This document shows positions 1 through 13,394 of a stretch of DNA of 64,000 nt, piece after piece. The stretch covers positions 27,218,001 to 27,282,000 of the forward strand of contig NW_025963791.1 in the NCBI RefSeq assembly GCF_023055435.1, given 5' to 3'. Source of the stretch: Haliotis rufescens. Taxonomy: Eukaryota. A program made the translations under genes and the position numbers. Under the pieces are notes generated by a model. That model did no database searches. It was given only the letters and a program-made list of their open reading frames with translations, and was not told where the DNA came from. Positions within the stretch are counted from its first letter, which is position 1, and each line of letters opens with the position of its first letter.

Positions 1-89
1 TCTAAGAAACCTTAATACACAAATAGATGTTTCTGTTTTTAAATTATTATGTTTTATATTTCATAATCATGATAATATAGGGATCTATG

Positions 90-524
90 TTTATCCCCCC
101 GTTTTGAATGATCAGCATGTCCATCCGTCCGTCCATCCATCAGCGTCCATTTTCCATTTCCGGAGCAGAACTCCAAAACCGTTAAATATTTCTTATGAAA
201 CTGTCTATATAGATCAGTCTAGTTAGGAACTGGTGCTTTTTGATGATTTGGGATATTTATTCTTTTCTTCTTCTTTTTTTTGTTGTCATGATTTTTCATG
301 ATGAAAACAAGTTGTTTTCTGTTTCCTCAGCAGAACACCAAAATAAATATTTCTAGTTGAAACTTGCTATAAAGATCAGTCTAGTGGTGAACTGGTGACG
401 TTTCATTTGGGATTTTGAAAAATACTGAACAGCATTATTTTTATCTAAGGGCACTGAACCAAAGATGGGGTATAAGTAGCCAAATTCCATCAGGGGTGAG
501 ATGTCATCTGTTGATGACTCTTGG
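90..524 (+). mobile_element. Probable non-autonomous Helentron/Helitron-like element (degenerate)
   Basis: Begins TTATCCCCCC, carries a (CCRT)n microsatellite near its 5' end (~120-140), has two diverged internal repeats (CAGAACTCCAAAA...GAAACT...GATCAGTCTAGT...GAACTGGTG) and ends in a short hairpin GTCATC-TGTT-GATGAC followed by TCTTG. Confidence 0.4.
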
Positions 525-688
525 TATCATCTAAATTGATATGGATCATGTACATAAAATGAGATGCAGTTATTCTGCAGTAAGGGTGCAATGCTATAAT
601 ATTTTCCTTAGTCTAGAGCAGAAACCGCACGTTATAAAATATATATATATATATTTATACAGAACAAGACGATACTGACATTTATATT

Positions 689-776
689 CTACTCAAAAGA
701 AGTAACAACATTTGATCCTTTCATATGACAATAGTTAATCTGTCATGCCAGGACAGATTTAACTTCTTTTGAACAG
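689..776. mobile_element. Tc1/mariner-type MITE (CTACTCAAAAGAAGTTAAGG TIR family)
   Basis: CTACTCAAAAGAAGT...AACTTCTTTTGAACAG in a TA context; same family at 1163-1233, 6750-6808, 7196-7316, 32251-32419 and 40964-41027. Confidence 0.6.
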
Positions 777-1594
777 TATATATGAAAAGTCATATACCAA
801 CAATTCTGTACAAAATGTGAATATTTGAATTATCATTTGGTCGTAAGTTGTAAAAGGATGCTTGACAACCCAGTCTTATCATTCATCTTATAACCACTAG
901 TATATCAGGAATACAGCTAAACACATAGACTAACATTTAGTCTCTGAATTGAACATATCGTACATAAAAAAACAGTTGTTCAGTTATCTTAATAAAAATA
1001 TAATAAAAAGGAGCCCAGTGACTCTCTTCATTTTCAGAAGATACTGCAGTGATCTAGACTTGCCAAACATTATAGACTTGCATGGGCTATTTTTGATATA
1101 TATTTGTATCAGGGTCTGTAAGACAGACTACTAAACACATTGCAATCCCAGTAGTAAATAGGGGTGTCATGGCATGACAGAATAACTATAATAATAGGAA
1201 AGAGTCTGGTGATCCTTAACTTCTTTTGAGTAGTATATATACTTAAGCATGTATTGTTACTTTTTCCAATACAGGATTTATTTTCAAGTTTTGCACAAAT
1301 GATCGTCAATTTAAAACAAAGTCAATATCCACAGTCATAAAATAAAATAGAAATGGATTAATTGCTGGGTTTTTTCCGTGACTTTGCTGTGATGGTTTAC
1401 AAACATGTCCTCATGTCTTCTCTGTCAAATAGTGTAGCCTAAGTGCTCTTGCTAGCTTTGGCCTATCATGAAATTAAATTGGATATTGAATCTGATTGGA
1501 TACTATTAGAATATGCCTAAGTTAACCAATCACACAAATACCTTTTGTCAGCTGGGCAGAAGGAAGATTGAATCTTTTAAAACACTGTATCCAA

Positions 1595-1995
1595 TAGGGC
1601 TGGGACGAGTCCAAATTTACTACCCGGGTACCCGAACCCCTATTACCCGACCCTACCCGGGTACCCGCTGTAGGTCTCAAGAAATGGGAACAAAATGTCT
1701 GATTGGTATTTGTTTGACCGCAGCCCTGGCTAAAACTATTTAGATACATGCGTTCACTGAAGTTGACTGAAGCTTTATCTTTACTCAAACATTTACAAGT
1801 CAAAAGGAATCAATGCACCGTCAGAAAGAAATGCGAACATTAGCGACTTGTAGTGTAACCACTGAGCTATAGTGAGTTTTTGCCATTAAACAATCTATCA
1901 CGTAACTTACCACGGGTCCGGGTAGTCCTGTGGGTACCCGGGTCCTACTCAGGACCCACCCGACCCGAGTACCCGAGTTACCCGTTCCAGCCCTA
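1595..1995. mobile_element. hAT-type MITE
   Basis: TIRs TAGGGCTGGGACG / CGTTCCAGCCCTA with many subterminal TACCCG/CGGGTA motifs; 8-bp TSD not preserved. Confidence 0.7.
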
Positions 1996-4361
1996 GTCCG
2001 TCAGGGAAGTACTTAGCCGTATAAATCTCCTGTGTGTAAACCATTATGATGATGTCACGCTGAGCCAGTAATTCATTGTCCATTCTGAACAAGTAAAACT
2101 GATGGAACTGTAAGTCATTATGCATATTTATAGAGTTTATTTATCAAATACAGCATGTTTTTAGTTGGAGATATCATTCATATATGTTGATTCACGGTGT
2201 AGAGTGAACAAATTCTCATGATTACTCAATTAGGGAATCTGTTACTCAGATATTGCTGTGCATGTCCAGTGTAGGAATTAGTATCCAAGGTTCACTGGCC
2301 AGGACGGCTTGTTAACTGTAAATGTTGCATATTTTACTAGCCCTACTTTATGGAGGTCACCATTTGCAAAATGTATTAAAATAGTCTTGAGATTATCATG
2401 TTTAACAACAGCGAAGCTGATAGGTTGCTTGGTATTATACATTTGTGGTGGTTCTTCGACTTTCACAGCCACAGCTAATTGCATATGTACATGCAGTCAA
2501 TCAGTGTACAGAAATAACCCAGCTTCCAATAAACTACGGAATGAAAACAAAATGACAATTAACTTTGACCTTAAATGATGCCTCAACTGACTTGATGATT
2601 TGTAGAAAATACAAGAAATAAATAAGTATTGACAAGAATTTTCAAATAGACATTTGGGCCAGCTTGACGGAAATGTTACTAGCCCAATTTAAAGTCACTG
2701 GCATTTGACTAGTGGGCAGGCAACTATTTCCAGCAGTGAACATGTCATGCCATGAGGTAGGTACATAGAATACCTTCACTGGGACCCCACCAGATATGGT
2801 TTCCAGTACATTAGATTCAGAGAGTCACAGTAGTGAATACCTGTCCTTGGATTGTCAGTAGGACAGGGGAGATAACTCTATCATAACCTTCATGATCATA
2901 TATCATACACTCTTGTCCACTGATTTGCCTGGTCCAGGTTTGAATCCAAAATGATGAACCAGAAGCAAGCTCCCACTGTGTATAAACAAAGAGGTCATTC
3001 CAGCCATCATAGTCCCCTTGCCCTTATCACTAGATTCCAAATCTCATGTGCGCCTGTCACCATTCTCGGTCTTTAAATCATTTTTCGACTCCACTCATTT
3101 CACTCACCACCTGAATGAACTTCCAGTACTGACGTTTTACATCATCCCTTTCAGAAACCCAGACCCAGCCCAGAAAAATTTGCAAAACCAAGCGCATTGC
3201 CGAGCGAGAAGAACGACAAGACATGATAGTAAGCATGGCGGTCAACAAGCGATTCCACCGATCGAACAAGCCCAACTCTTATCCAATCAACTGATGAGTG
3301 TTGTCTTGCGTTCTCAAGGTGCTACATAGCCTTGGATGTTGTTGGTCGGTGATGGAGGAGGGCTGACCGCTGCCGATTTTCTTGTTATTGCTGTCAACTG
3401 TGAAGTTGGAGGCTTGCTGTGGATCTCTATCAAGGCTTTGTGCAAAGTTACCAAAGCTTAGCGGAATGTTTTTTTCAATCCCCAGTTGTTGAAAATAATT
3501 TAGATACAGTTTTTATTTTTAAAACATTAAAAAATGATGGAACAGAAAATCAACAGTTTTAAAAAAAAAATTAAAATATAAGGAAATGTTACGGAAATTG
3601 TTTTTGCATTTCGATTTCAGTTGTATGTTCCGATTTCTTTTCAAGTAATGTTATGATTCAGAAGAGTTATTCTTTTTCTTTGATCACGGTGGAGAGAAAC
3701 AAACTTGTTATTTTTGTGCAGTGTTATTTTCCTACACCATGTACACGATGACCATCTTATTCTGTGATAAAGAATGATGTGGGAGTATAGGTTATGTGTT
3801 CTCAGTCTTTATTTCAATGGATACAGGAGTCCATATCTGTATGGGAAGATCTTGTTAAGCGTACATATTTTGTATTTTGTATTTTGAACAATCCTATCAT
3901 CCCTTTCTGTCATTCTATCAGCCTTCGAAAATCCACCAATGCATAAGACCTGAAATGAGTCCGTGTTTCCTATGTTGTCACTGTGACGTGAAGCTGTGTA
4001 TATTTGTTATGGTGATTCCTCTGTGTTATGTGTGAAGATCACATATCAGGCATTGTTGATTGTTTTCAGGTGTAATGTATTTGCTGTGGTGCCTCGTCAT
4101 GCGACTTGTCAGGGCACAGGAAGTCAAAGAAGACCATGTATATACAAACACAGATATATTTATGTTGTTCGTTCAGACATCATCTTAGAGAAGTGCCTCA
4201 TTTTTAAGTGTCCCTGGGAAAGTCCAGGGCAGATAGCTTTTTCCCCGTACTTGTTATTGAAGTGTCCCTCCTACTTGTCATAAAAGTGGAGATTGGTTGG
4301 CCACAATGGTTGCTGAAAATGGATATACCAAGTATTGGGGACAATTTTCCTCTGCCAGTTG

Positions 4362-4477
4362 GCTGATTGAAGGCCTGGTCTGGAACTAGCTGATTGAAGG
4401 CCTGGTCTGGACCTGGCTGATTGAAGGCCTGGTCTGGACCTGGCTGATTGAAGGCCTGGTCTGGAACTAGCTGATTG
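4362..4477. repeat. 27-bp minisatellite, ~4.3 copies
   Basis: Unit GCTGATTGAAGGCCTGGTCTGGA(ACTA/CCTG); variant order A-B-B-A. Confidence 0.95.
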
Positions 4478-4507
4478 TACATTACTGTAGCTCTGTCGGG
4501 TCGATGC

Positions 4508-4816
4508 TTAGGCTTAAAAAAATAAAAGAATTGGTTCTCGGGCAATGGCTTTTGAAAATTTAGTGCAGGCGGGCGATCCTTTTTTTGTGTGTTTTTTTTT
4601 TTGTAGTTCAAACTAGTATGTAACCAAAGGTGAATTTTGGTGAAATCATATTGTTCCTAAGTATTGTAGCATTTCACTGCCAGGGTTGTGTATTCAAGAT
4701 GCGGAATAATTAAAAAAAAATTTTTTTTTAAATGGAAATAAAAACAAAACATGCGGCAGACTTTATGGTGATGTGGGCGGTGCCTGAGAACCAAGACTAT
4801 TATTTCTTTTAGCCGT
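4508..4816. mobile_element. Degenerate MITE with ~33-bp terminal inverted repeats
   Basis: AGGCTTAAAAAAATAAAAGAATTGGTTCTCGGG versus CCTGAGAACCAAGACTATTATTTCTTTTAGCC; a similar AGGCC-terminated IR element lies at ~6500-6701. Confidence 0.5.
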
Positions 4817-6749
4817 ACAATAGTTGGCTTGGCCCCAGACCAAGTGACCCTTAGATGAATTTAGTGATATAGTTCATTATTTCTGACTTTGAAAACCCTC
4901 ATTTGAAACTGTATTTTCAAGATCATAGTACAAGCATTTTCCTTTTCACAATGTTGTGTTGATATCCAACTGTGTAGTTGGTTGTTTTTGAAAATGTGGA
5001 AAAAATTGCACTAAACTGTTTTACCAATTTTGTGAACAATTTTAGACGATTCTAAGTTCTGATTCTTTTTACGAGATTAATTTGGACAATGGTGGTCAGA
5101 CAGATGTGACCTGGGAATATCACATGATCTTCTTGAGCTTTCCATTTTCATGTGTTATATATTTGTTGTTAAGGGTGCAAGATCAGAACTATACTGCGTT
5201 ATTTTTCAAGAATCTTTACTCATCATAAAGTCTGCCAGGAACCAGTCTGTAGGGAGGGAGATATTGGAGTGTCGGAATCTGTGCATGCACACATGTTGTA
5301 AAAATTTTGGTAATATCATGAATCGGTCATGCTTAGCCAATCATCTTTGTTGTTGTTGGTGAAAGATGAAAATTTAATTAAAGGACTTTAGTGACATTTG
5401 ACTCTAATTGTATGTAAAAAAGAAAAAGAAAATTTACAAAATCTCACTAAAATTTGTTTATGTTGAAATGAGGATTCATTCTGAAATACAAAATACATAG
5501 CAAAGTTTGAAGTGATGTATGCCGATAAGAGTTACGGCCCTTCAATATGACATAACTTTTTGCGCAGTCTTTTAGGTGGGAAAATGGCCACATTCATGTG
5601 CCTTGTGATAATTTTAATACAAAAATTTGACCACTGACATTGCAAGAACAAAACATAATTCTGTAACCAACTTAAAAAAATTAATTGCCTAACAATGCTT
5701 CTTTGGAAATCAGTACTTTCATGATTGGGGACGTGTTCTCGTGAAAGATGAACGTGAGTAGCATTGAATTAAACCTTTGTGGTTACAGATATATCTGCGT
5801 AATGTATAGCCAAGTTCTTTCTTTATCAAAACGTGAGGTGTATGAAGGCTATAAAAACGCATCCTGTATGTCTCTGATCCTGCAGCTCTCATCATCAGTC
5901 TGTAACTCCTTATCATGTATAGAGAGACTTCTTGAGAAATGTTATTGTGTTGAAAGACACAGTCATACTGAAACTTGCATTCCTCTTAAACAATGTTTTA
6001 GTATTGTGTATGCTACTAACCTTCACACCAGAGTGGCTTAGGCTGTAGTAAAAGGCATAGTTACCTCCCTTAGATCCTAGGGCTGCTGCAATACAACAGC
6101 TGTAAATATTACTGATACAGAGTGCCTGCTTGGTATAGGCCTTCATGCCTTGTAGTGCTAAATGGCCTGCACAGCAAAGGGAGGGGTAGTTAGCGGGAGT
6201 TGAATACTTCATGCAGGGTGTATCTCAGCTGTACAAGCCTACAAGGTTGAGGACATTTATTGAAGGGGTGGTTGGCGACAGATTCAGGGGAGGGTTGCCT
6301 AAAACCATCACTTGAGGTTAGTCGGTGTTTAAGTACATTCATAGTTATACCAATATATCCTCCCCAAAATAAAGTCTTTAGTAATACCCACCAGCCTTGA
6401 CAGATTAACTACAGTCATAGAAAAAAATAGGGTGTTTTACTTCTTTTGAGTTGTGTACAATTCCACGTTTTAATGACCAGTTCCCAATGGATTGTTTATA
6501 GGCCAGACCAGTTTTATTTTTATTTTTTTATGGATGAGTGACCAAGTCCACCATTATTTTACAAAAGTAAAAATAAATAAATTGATTAACAATTTTGTTT
6601 ATCAAATAACCATATTTTTTGGTCACCTGTATTTGTGTTTGCTTGCATTTTGCTATGTTTACCAAACAATATTCAAATAAAACGTTTAATTGGTTTGGCC
6701 TCAAACGAAAAACACTGATATTGACTCTGTATTTGTTTGCGCATATAAA

Positions 6750-6808
6750 CTACTCAAAAGAAGTTAAGGAACAGCTGGTTTGGGTACTCTTTATCTTCTT
6801 TTGAGTAG
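6750..6808. mobile_element. Minimal Tc1-type MITE copy (TIRs almost abutting)
   Basis: CTACTCAAAAGAAGTTAAGG...CTTTATCTTCTTTTGAGTAG followed by TA. Confidence 0.65.
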
Positions 6809-7195
6809 TATATGGTGCTACTCCGCAATGAAGTGTTGCTCTGTCCATCAATACCAGTATAGTGCACCAATTCTCTAAAATATTAACCTGCATAATTTCT
6901 TTTGTCTTTCATTTCAATAACTGTCAGCTTTCGTTTATGTTGCTTGTGTTTGTGACTGATGTGTTTGTGATCAGTATGGGTGTGAGAAAATACAGAACAC
7001 TGTATGCGTTCATCTACTGCCACTGTGTGTGGATATGTCTATAGTTACTGATTAGCCTTGGACCCAACCAGGAAACCACAGCTTATCAATGAAGTCATGT
7101 GTTAATTCTGATCTCTCCTTTCTATGTGTGCATAAGCATTCCTTTATCATTCATTATAAATGATGGCGATATATATTTTTCTGATGTGAGCTATA

Positions 7196-7316
7196 CTACT
7201 AAAAAAGGTTAAGGATCACCTGATTCTTAACATTACTATAGTTAGTCTGTCATGGCATGACAGATTAACTATAGTAACACGAAAGAATAGTGATCGTGAA
7301 CTTGTTTTTTGTAGTG
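7196..7316. mobile_element. Tc1-type palindromic MITE
   Basis: TA-CTACTAAAAAAGGTTAAGGATCAC...ACTATAGTTAGTCTGTCATGGCATGACAGATTAACTATAGT...GTGATCGTGAACTTGTTTTTTGTAG; near-complete fold-back. Confidence 0.65.
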
Positions 7317-7677
7317 TATGTTAGATACTGTAAACAGTTTCTTGATCAGTTGATGGTTTAATATAGTGGTATATTTTGTCTGTTTCCCAATGAATATGTC
7401 CACAGAAACAGGGCAGTGAAGCCGATGGAGGCTGCTAGTTTTCTGTAATTTGTTTAGATTTAGATTGTTTGGTGACCTAATGATTTTGTAGCTTATTTTG
7501 TAACCATGGTACTGTTTAAGTGAATGAAAAATGTCAGTCTTCTATAGCAATGTTGAGAAGAGAATCTTTCTTTCCTGTAGAACAATGCCATGCTGCACAA
7601 AGATTTTATACTACTCCACATTTTATAGGGTTATTTTTATCTTTCCATGATACACAAAACTGATTTTTTTATTTAAA

Positions 7678-8027
7678 GGGACGATCGGGTAGCTGAGTGG
7701 TTAAAGTGTTCGCTCGTCACGCCGAAGACCTGGGTCCGATTCCCGACATGGGTACAATGTGTGAACCCTTTTTCTGGTGTCCCCCGCCGTGATATTGCTG
7801 GAATAATGCTAAAAGCGGCGTAAAATCAAACTCACTCACTCACTCACTTTTATTTTTAAAAGGGGCGGTCGCGTAGCCTAGTGGTTAAAGCGTTCGCTCG
7901 TCATGCCGAAGACCCGGGTTCGATTCCCGACATGGGTACAATGGGTGAAGCCCATTTCTGGTGTCCCCCGCCCTGATATTGCTGGAATATTGCTAAAAGC
8001 GGCGTAAAACCATACTCACTCACTCAC
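7678..8027 (+). mobile_element. Two tandem tRNA-derived SINEs, family A (7678-7847, 7862-8027)
   Basis: A box (TAGCCTAGTGG), B box (GGTTCGATTCC), ~170 bp, tail ...GCGGCGTAAAAC + (ACTC)n; TTTTATTT(TT)AAA occurs before, between and after the copies. Confidence 0.9.
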
Positions 8028-8869
8028 TTTTATTTAAATAGAATGACCTCTGATTATCCCTGTCAAAAGTTGAGGAGTATATTTAAGGTATGTGTGTCTC
8101 TCTAGGTGTGAGGCTCAGGAAGGTGCCCTTTTCTGTCAAATATCTTTTTGCCATTTCTATAAGAGAAGTCTGGCATCATATTTTGACCAATTGACACTGT
8201 CTGAAGATTCGGATACTAGTATGGGTATCATCCAGAGTAATATGACCCTGAAGAACTGCCATAGTTCATGAATGTGGTATGAGTAATGAGTGCTGCAGTC
8301 AGCTGTGATAGAGATTGTTAAACGGGCAGATAGGAGACTCTCGATGTATATGCATTGTTGTTAGGAGTTTCAAGGGTAGACTGGAACCTTTTCCATGACA
8401 AAATAAGTTGATTTTTTCTGATTTCAAATTAAAACATGCACATTGTCAACATACAGTATAGGGACTTTTGACATTTGTTCAGAAACTTTATGTAAAATGC
8501 TACTGTTGATACGTTTCTCCACTCATTCATGGTGTCCAACAGGCTTTCAGGGCTTTTTGTGTCCAGAATTAGCTTTATAAACTATGTGTTATATTTTTCT
8601 TTGTCTTTATCTTTTTTAGCTTACATCAACCAAACATTCACTTGTTTTCATCAGGTTTGGGCTCGGCGATGTGCTGTGCAGAGTTATATGCCTTAGTCAC
8701 ACCAGAATGCCATGTTGAAATGGTAGATTCCCCCCCTTAATCATTGTTCTGTTAGCAACTTTGCCATGCTTATGTTTTGACAAAAGTTTAACCATCTGTG
8801 AACTGTGTTACTCTGGGTTTGCCTCCCACATTAAGCAGACATGCCATTAAGACTTGCAGATGCATCCCG

Positions 8870-9003
8870 ATCGTGGCAAGTGGTAAACGTCTGAGACCTG
8901 CATCACTTGGGGGCTTTCCGCCCACATTAAGCTGACACGCCGCGATATAACTGGAATAATGTTAAAAGCGGCGTTAAACCCAACTCACTCACTCACTCAC
9001 TCA
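8870..9003 (+). mobile_element. SINE family D, 3' portion
   Basis: AAGTGGTAAACGTCTGAGACCTGCATCACTTGGGG...AAGCTGACACGCCGCGATATAACTGGAATAATGTTAAAAGCGGCG + (ACTC)n; matches 44840-44958. Confidence 0.85.
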
Positions 9004-11922
9004 CCCTACCCAACAGTAGACTCAGTTGATACCCGACCAAGCATGTGTCGGGTGAAATATTATCACCACTTGCATCTCACAGTCCAGACGAAGGAGCTTA
9101 TACCAAGCCTCTTAGCACTTACAGTGATGCTTGTTATATTTTATTTTAGTGGCCATTTATCATTATGTCCTATGTTGGATGTGACAGACTTACAAACCAA
9201 AGATGCAACCACAAGAGTGTTGCTTGTTTCATGTACTTGCTTAGTGTAGGATCGTTACCCAAGTTGGACACTGTCCGACAGCTTGATACTGTACTCATCA
9301 TCATTAAGACGGGGGTTTCGCAGGGTCGGATTCGAGAATATTTCACCATGTGATACCGTTAGCAACATAAATATACTCTGTGTCATGTTTGACACACTTT
9401 ATTTGCTAATTATTTCAGTTGTTGCGTGATTCTCAGACCTGAATGTGTTTGCACAGGAAAATGTATACCAAGGGACCGTTTCACAGAATCTGCATGTTTT
9501 GAGAAACAAGCTAAACTTTTAGAAAACACAATGAATGTTATCAGGTGGGTTCAAATGAGAAGAAATTTAGCTTGTGCATTTTAACATGTGCATGTCATGG
9601 ACTTGTCCAGCTGATTTGGGAGTTTTTCTGTAAGCGTTTTTGAGTGGATCAAAAAAATTTCGGGGATGGAGAGTACAAGCAACTGGTTCATTTCTTCTTG
9701 GCTCATGGACTTTCTGAGAGATAGTTTTCTCTTGATGTTTGAAAAATCTTCTTTCTTTTTAATAATTCATTTTAGTCCTTCTTAAGTACGTAGTCATGTC
9801 AGAAGTCCAAGAAAAAGTCAAGTCAGTCATTTAAACATGTATGATAATTTTCAAACTAATATTTCAAAGTTTCCAGTGGGACAAGAAGCACCTTTTATCT
9901 GACCTCAACTTTTCCTTTCATACACGTGTATGATGTGAAGAATTTACTGTTGCTCCTGTGTCATGGACTGGCGTCCATACTTACAGTTTGCAAATTTCTG
10001 TATCTGCCTGAAAAGTATCAATTGGTGAATTCCTCTCCTCCCCTCCACCCTATCTACAGACCTGAAAGAAAGCAGCGTAAAACATACTCTCACTCACTCA
10101 CTCACTCACTCACACGCTCCCCCTTACCAGAAATAGGGATTCAACATAGAAAGTAATGCGATATTGACAGTTACTGTTCTGCTGACTAGGGTATGATCAA
10201 CAGTGAAGAACCAAGAGTCTGATAGACAGATATCCAGTTTGTGGGTTGTTTATGGGGCTTGGGACTTAATATGTAGAGTATAATATCACAGTCGTAACAG
10301 TGTCCAGTTAATTTGTCGTTTTATATATGTATTACAAAGGAGGGATTAAAGTGTTTATATTCATGTGATAAAAAACTAAGTTGTGTGATATTAACATTAT
10401 TTCCTGACCAAGGGAAACAGGTTGATTTTTAAATCAGGCCTCAACGTATTGGTTAAATTTCATCCTTGAATATATTTTGTCTTTGGCTAATTGTAACCCA
10501 AATAATGTAAACAAATTGAATTCTGGTTCTTGTTTGAAAAGGTATTTTGACATTATTTCCTTTCTTAAAATGCACAGAACATTTCGAACATTGGTAACTC
10601 TGGCTTGACTATCAGTTTGGTCTTCAGGGTTATTTCTAAAGAAATATTGACTTTATTCCCTCCAGCCTGATCTACAGTATATTTCATTCTCGCACAGAGA
10701 AAGATGTTCACAGTTTTTGCATTTGATGTTATACTGGATATCACCATGTATAGTGACAGAACTCGCCTGATTGGTGCTGATTGTATCGGAGTAATATCCA
10801 AATATATGATTATGTAAACAAATAGTTTTGTAATGCAGGTAATTAAGTGTTTCATTTGTGCTGATGTCAACAGTTATTTGTGTTAAAATATTATACTCAA
10901 GTGAGAAGCGTTTCCTTTCCTCAGTATCTGTTTTAGTGGATATTGTATTTACGAGAATGAGTTTTGATAAATATTCAAAATGAGTAGTTTTGATGAAAAG
11001 TTTTGACTGTAAAGAACTGTTTGTGATTATAAGAACATTCTAATTATGTATTCCGAGTCAGATTTGTTTGAGTCAGATTATGATATTTTAGGATTAAAGG
11101 TTTTACATTTGAAGACACTTTAACTGTATGTCTCAGTTGATTCACGGAGATACTTGGGTTAATTGTTCCCATGTAGGAGATCAGATTCAGTTGCTTTTAT
11201 TTGAGAAGAGAGAATGTCCGAACAATTGATTTAAGTGTGGGAAATTCAACTATTGTGTATGTGATTTGGTGTCTCTTGTCAAACATGTTTGACATTTGAC
11301 AGTATGTGTAAATTATTGCAATGTGCTTATATTGAATGTAAATAATTGTACATTAATGGAGCCAATAAATTTTAATATACACTTTGTGTTTGTTTGAAAA
11401 TAATCATCATATCTTGGACTTAATGGTGTGAATGTATTTATTTAATATAAGGGAACACTTCTTCAGCAACCTGTGCTTGCCGTAAAGGCGACTGCTTGTC
11501 GTAAGAGGCGACTAACGGGATTGGGTGGTCAGGCTCGCTGACTTGGCTGATGCATGTCATTGTATCCCAATTACATAGATCGATGCTCATGATATCAGTC
11601 ACTGGATATAGCTGAAAACCAAAGTTGTAAATGTCTAAAACCTTTGTCACTTTGGACATTGCTCCCATACACTAAGCTAACGTGTTGTGAAATTACTAAA
11701 ATACTTTTCAAAGCTGTCTGAAACTGAATCACTTACCTCTTCCATATCATCAAACTTGCAAGATGGTTTGTTTGTTTGTTGTTTAACGCCGCTCGCAGCA
11801 ATATTCAAACTACATGACGGCGGTCTGTAAATAATCGAATCTGGACCAGAAAAATCCAGTGATTGACATCATGAGCATTGATCCATGCAATTGGGATACG
11901 GTGACATGTGAGTTAATAGGTA

Positions 11923-12625
11923 CGAGGAGTGTTCATTAAAGATTTCCCCTAAACACTTAGGGTTATCATATTTGGTTGAAATTTCACATGTGTAATGATA
12001 CATGTATCTATGGGTTGGTTATGTCTGAATTTGCAGCACCGAACTATTAATCTTACCACTTTTACAGGTGTTATGATCGAGTAGGGTGTGACAATGGAGC
12101 CAGTAGAATACCGAGCAGTGATTAGGTTTTTATATTTGAAAGGTCGCACACCAAAAGAAACTTTCGATGAAATGAAAGCAACTTATGGGGAAGATGCCCC
12201 ATCATATGACGTTGTTAAACACTGGCATCGCCAGTTCAAGCGTGGTCGGACATCTGTGGAAACAGCTTCCATTCCTGGTCGCCCCTATTCAGCCATTGAT
12301 GAGGACACTATCCATCAAGTGGAGACCGCCATTTTGGCAGACCGACGTATAACTGTTTGCCAGTTAGCACAAGATGTCAAGATCAGTGTAGGGTCTGTGG
12401 AAAAAATCATCAATGACAATTGAACATGCATAAGGTGTCTGCACGATGGATTCCCAGGTTGCTCACACCTTTCCAAAAACAGGAACGAGTCAATTATAAA
12501 ACGATGGGAGAAGTGTGTTACTCTTGGTGGTTCCTATGTGGAGAAAGACTAATACCTATGCCAAGTTTCATTCAACTAGGTCCATTGGAAGTGGGTCAGG
12601 GGAAATCTTTAATGAACACCCCTCG
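11923..12625 (+). mobile_element. Internally deleted mariner transposon (non-autonomous)
   Basis: 28-bp TIRs CGAGGAGTGTTCATTAAAGATTTCCCCT / AGGGGAAATCTTTAATGAACACCCCTCG (1 mismatch) and TA TSD on both sides. N-terminal HTH ORF (MEPVEYRAVIRFLYLKG...), frameshift near 12420, WIPRLL (WVPHEL-like) motif, then a jump to the C-terminal KRWEKCVTLGGSYVEKD*; the DD34D domain is missing. Confidence 0.95.
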
Positions 12626-13394
12626 TAGTTGTTGCAAGTGGTCATACCTCATCATATGTTAACTGTATGTATTGTATAATATATCACAATGTTTTGCAAT
12701 ACTTTTTTATTAAATATAGAATAATAGAATATCTCTTTCAATGTTACAACATACACCCAACAGTCAAATTTTCTAAACATACAAAATTACATCACTGTCC
12801 TTATATTCTCAAAAATGGATATTCTGTCAACAAATAGGGTAAATAAAGGCCACACAACCCTTTCCATTATCAAAAAGACATTTCCTGAAAGGAGTGTCAA
12901 TTGTACATTTCTAATATCATAAACATGTGTCGGAATAAATCACTATCAAATAGTGATGACCCCAAGTGTTCATCAACTTCACAGTTCATAGTTCATATTA
13001 CAGTAATTGATCCTGTCATCAGTCACAAAGTCTCCAACACTTATTAGATCAATATTCATCACCACGAATAAACATTTGCATTATATGTGTGCTACAACAG
13101 AAGGGGCATGTAGTTATTCATCACTGAAGTCGCCACTAATTCCATAATGTTTGTGACATTGCCGAAATCATTTATCATACTTTATGCCTCACAGGGATGC
13201 CATGTGTGAACTCATTCTTGATGTAGTTGTGGTACAATAAGAAGGATTATAAAATCTCACTCACTCACAAAGAGAAAGATTTAGGGTTCAGTTTGGCCAA
13301 ACCACTGACTTGATAAATGTGGGATTCCAATGTTGGTCAAGGTTACAGAATCAATATGTGGTCATGGTCAAGTACAAGGAACAACCCACAGACA

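Noticed and set aside
2951-3450. GC-richer patch with 103-aa and 65-aa ORFs
   Set aside because: No recognisable domain or consistent splice sites in the frames examined; left unannotated.
4204-4611. 135-aa ORF with FNQPGPDQA repeats
   Set aside because: Translation of a 27-bp minisatellite plus MITE sequence; no ATG start or domain.
7678-8027. tRNA genes at SINE A/C/D heads
   Set aside because: They continue into SINE bodies with microsatellite tails and TSDs and lack a full canonical cloverleaf; only 49511-49583 is a true tRNA.
8040-11400. Long 3' UTR of an upstream plus-strand gene ending near AATAAA ~11363
   Set aside because: Composition is suggestive, but no coding exon is visible to anchor it; needs RNA-seq.
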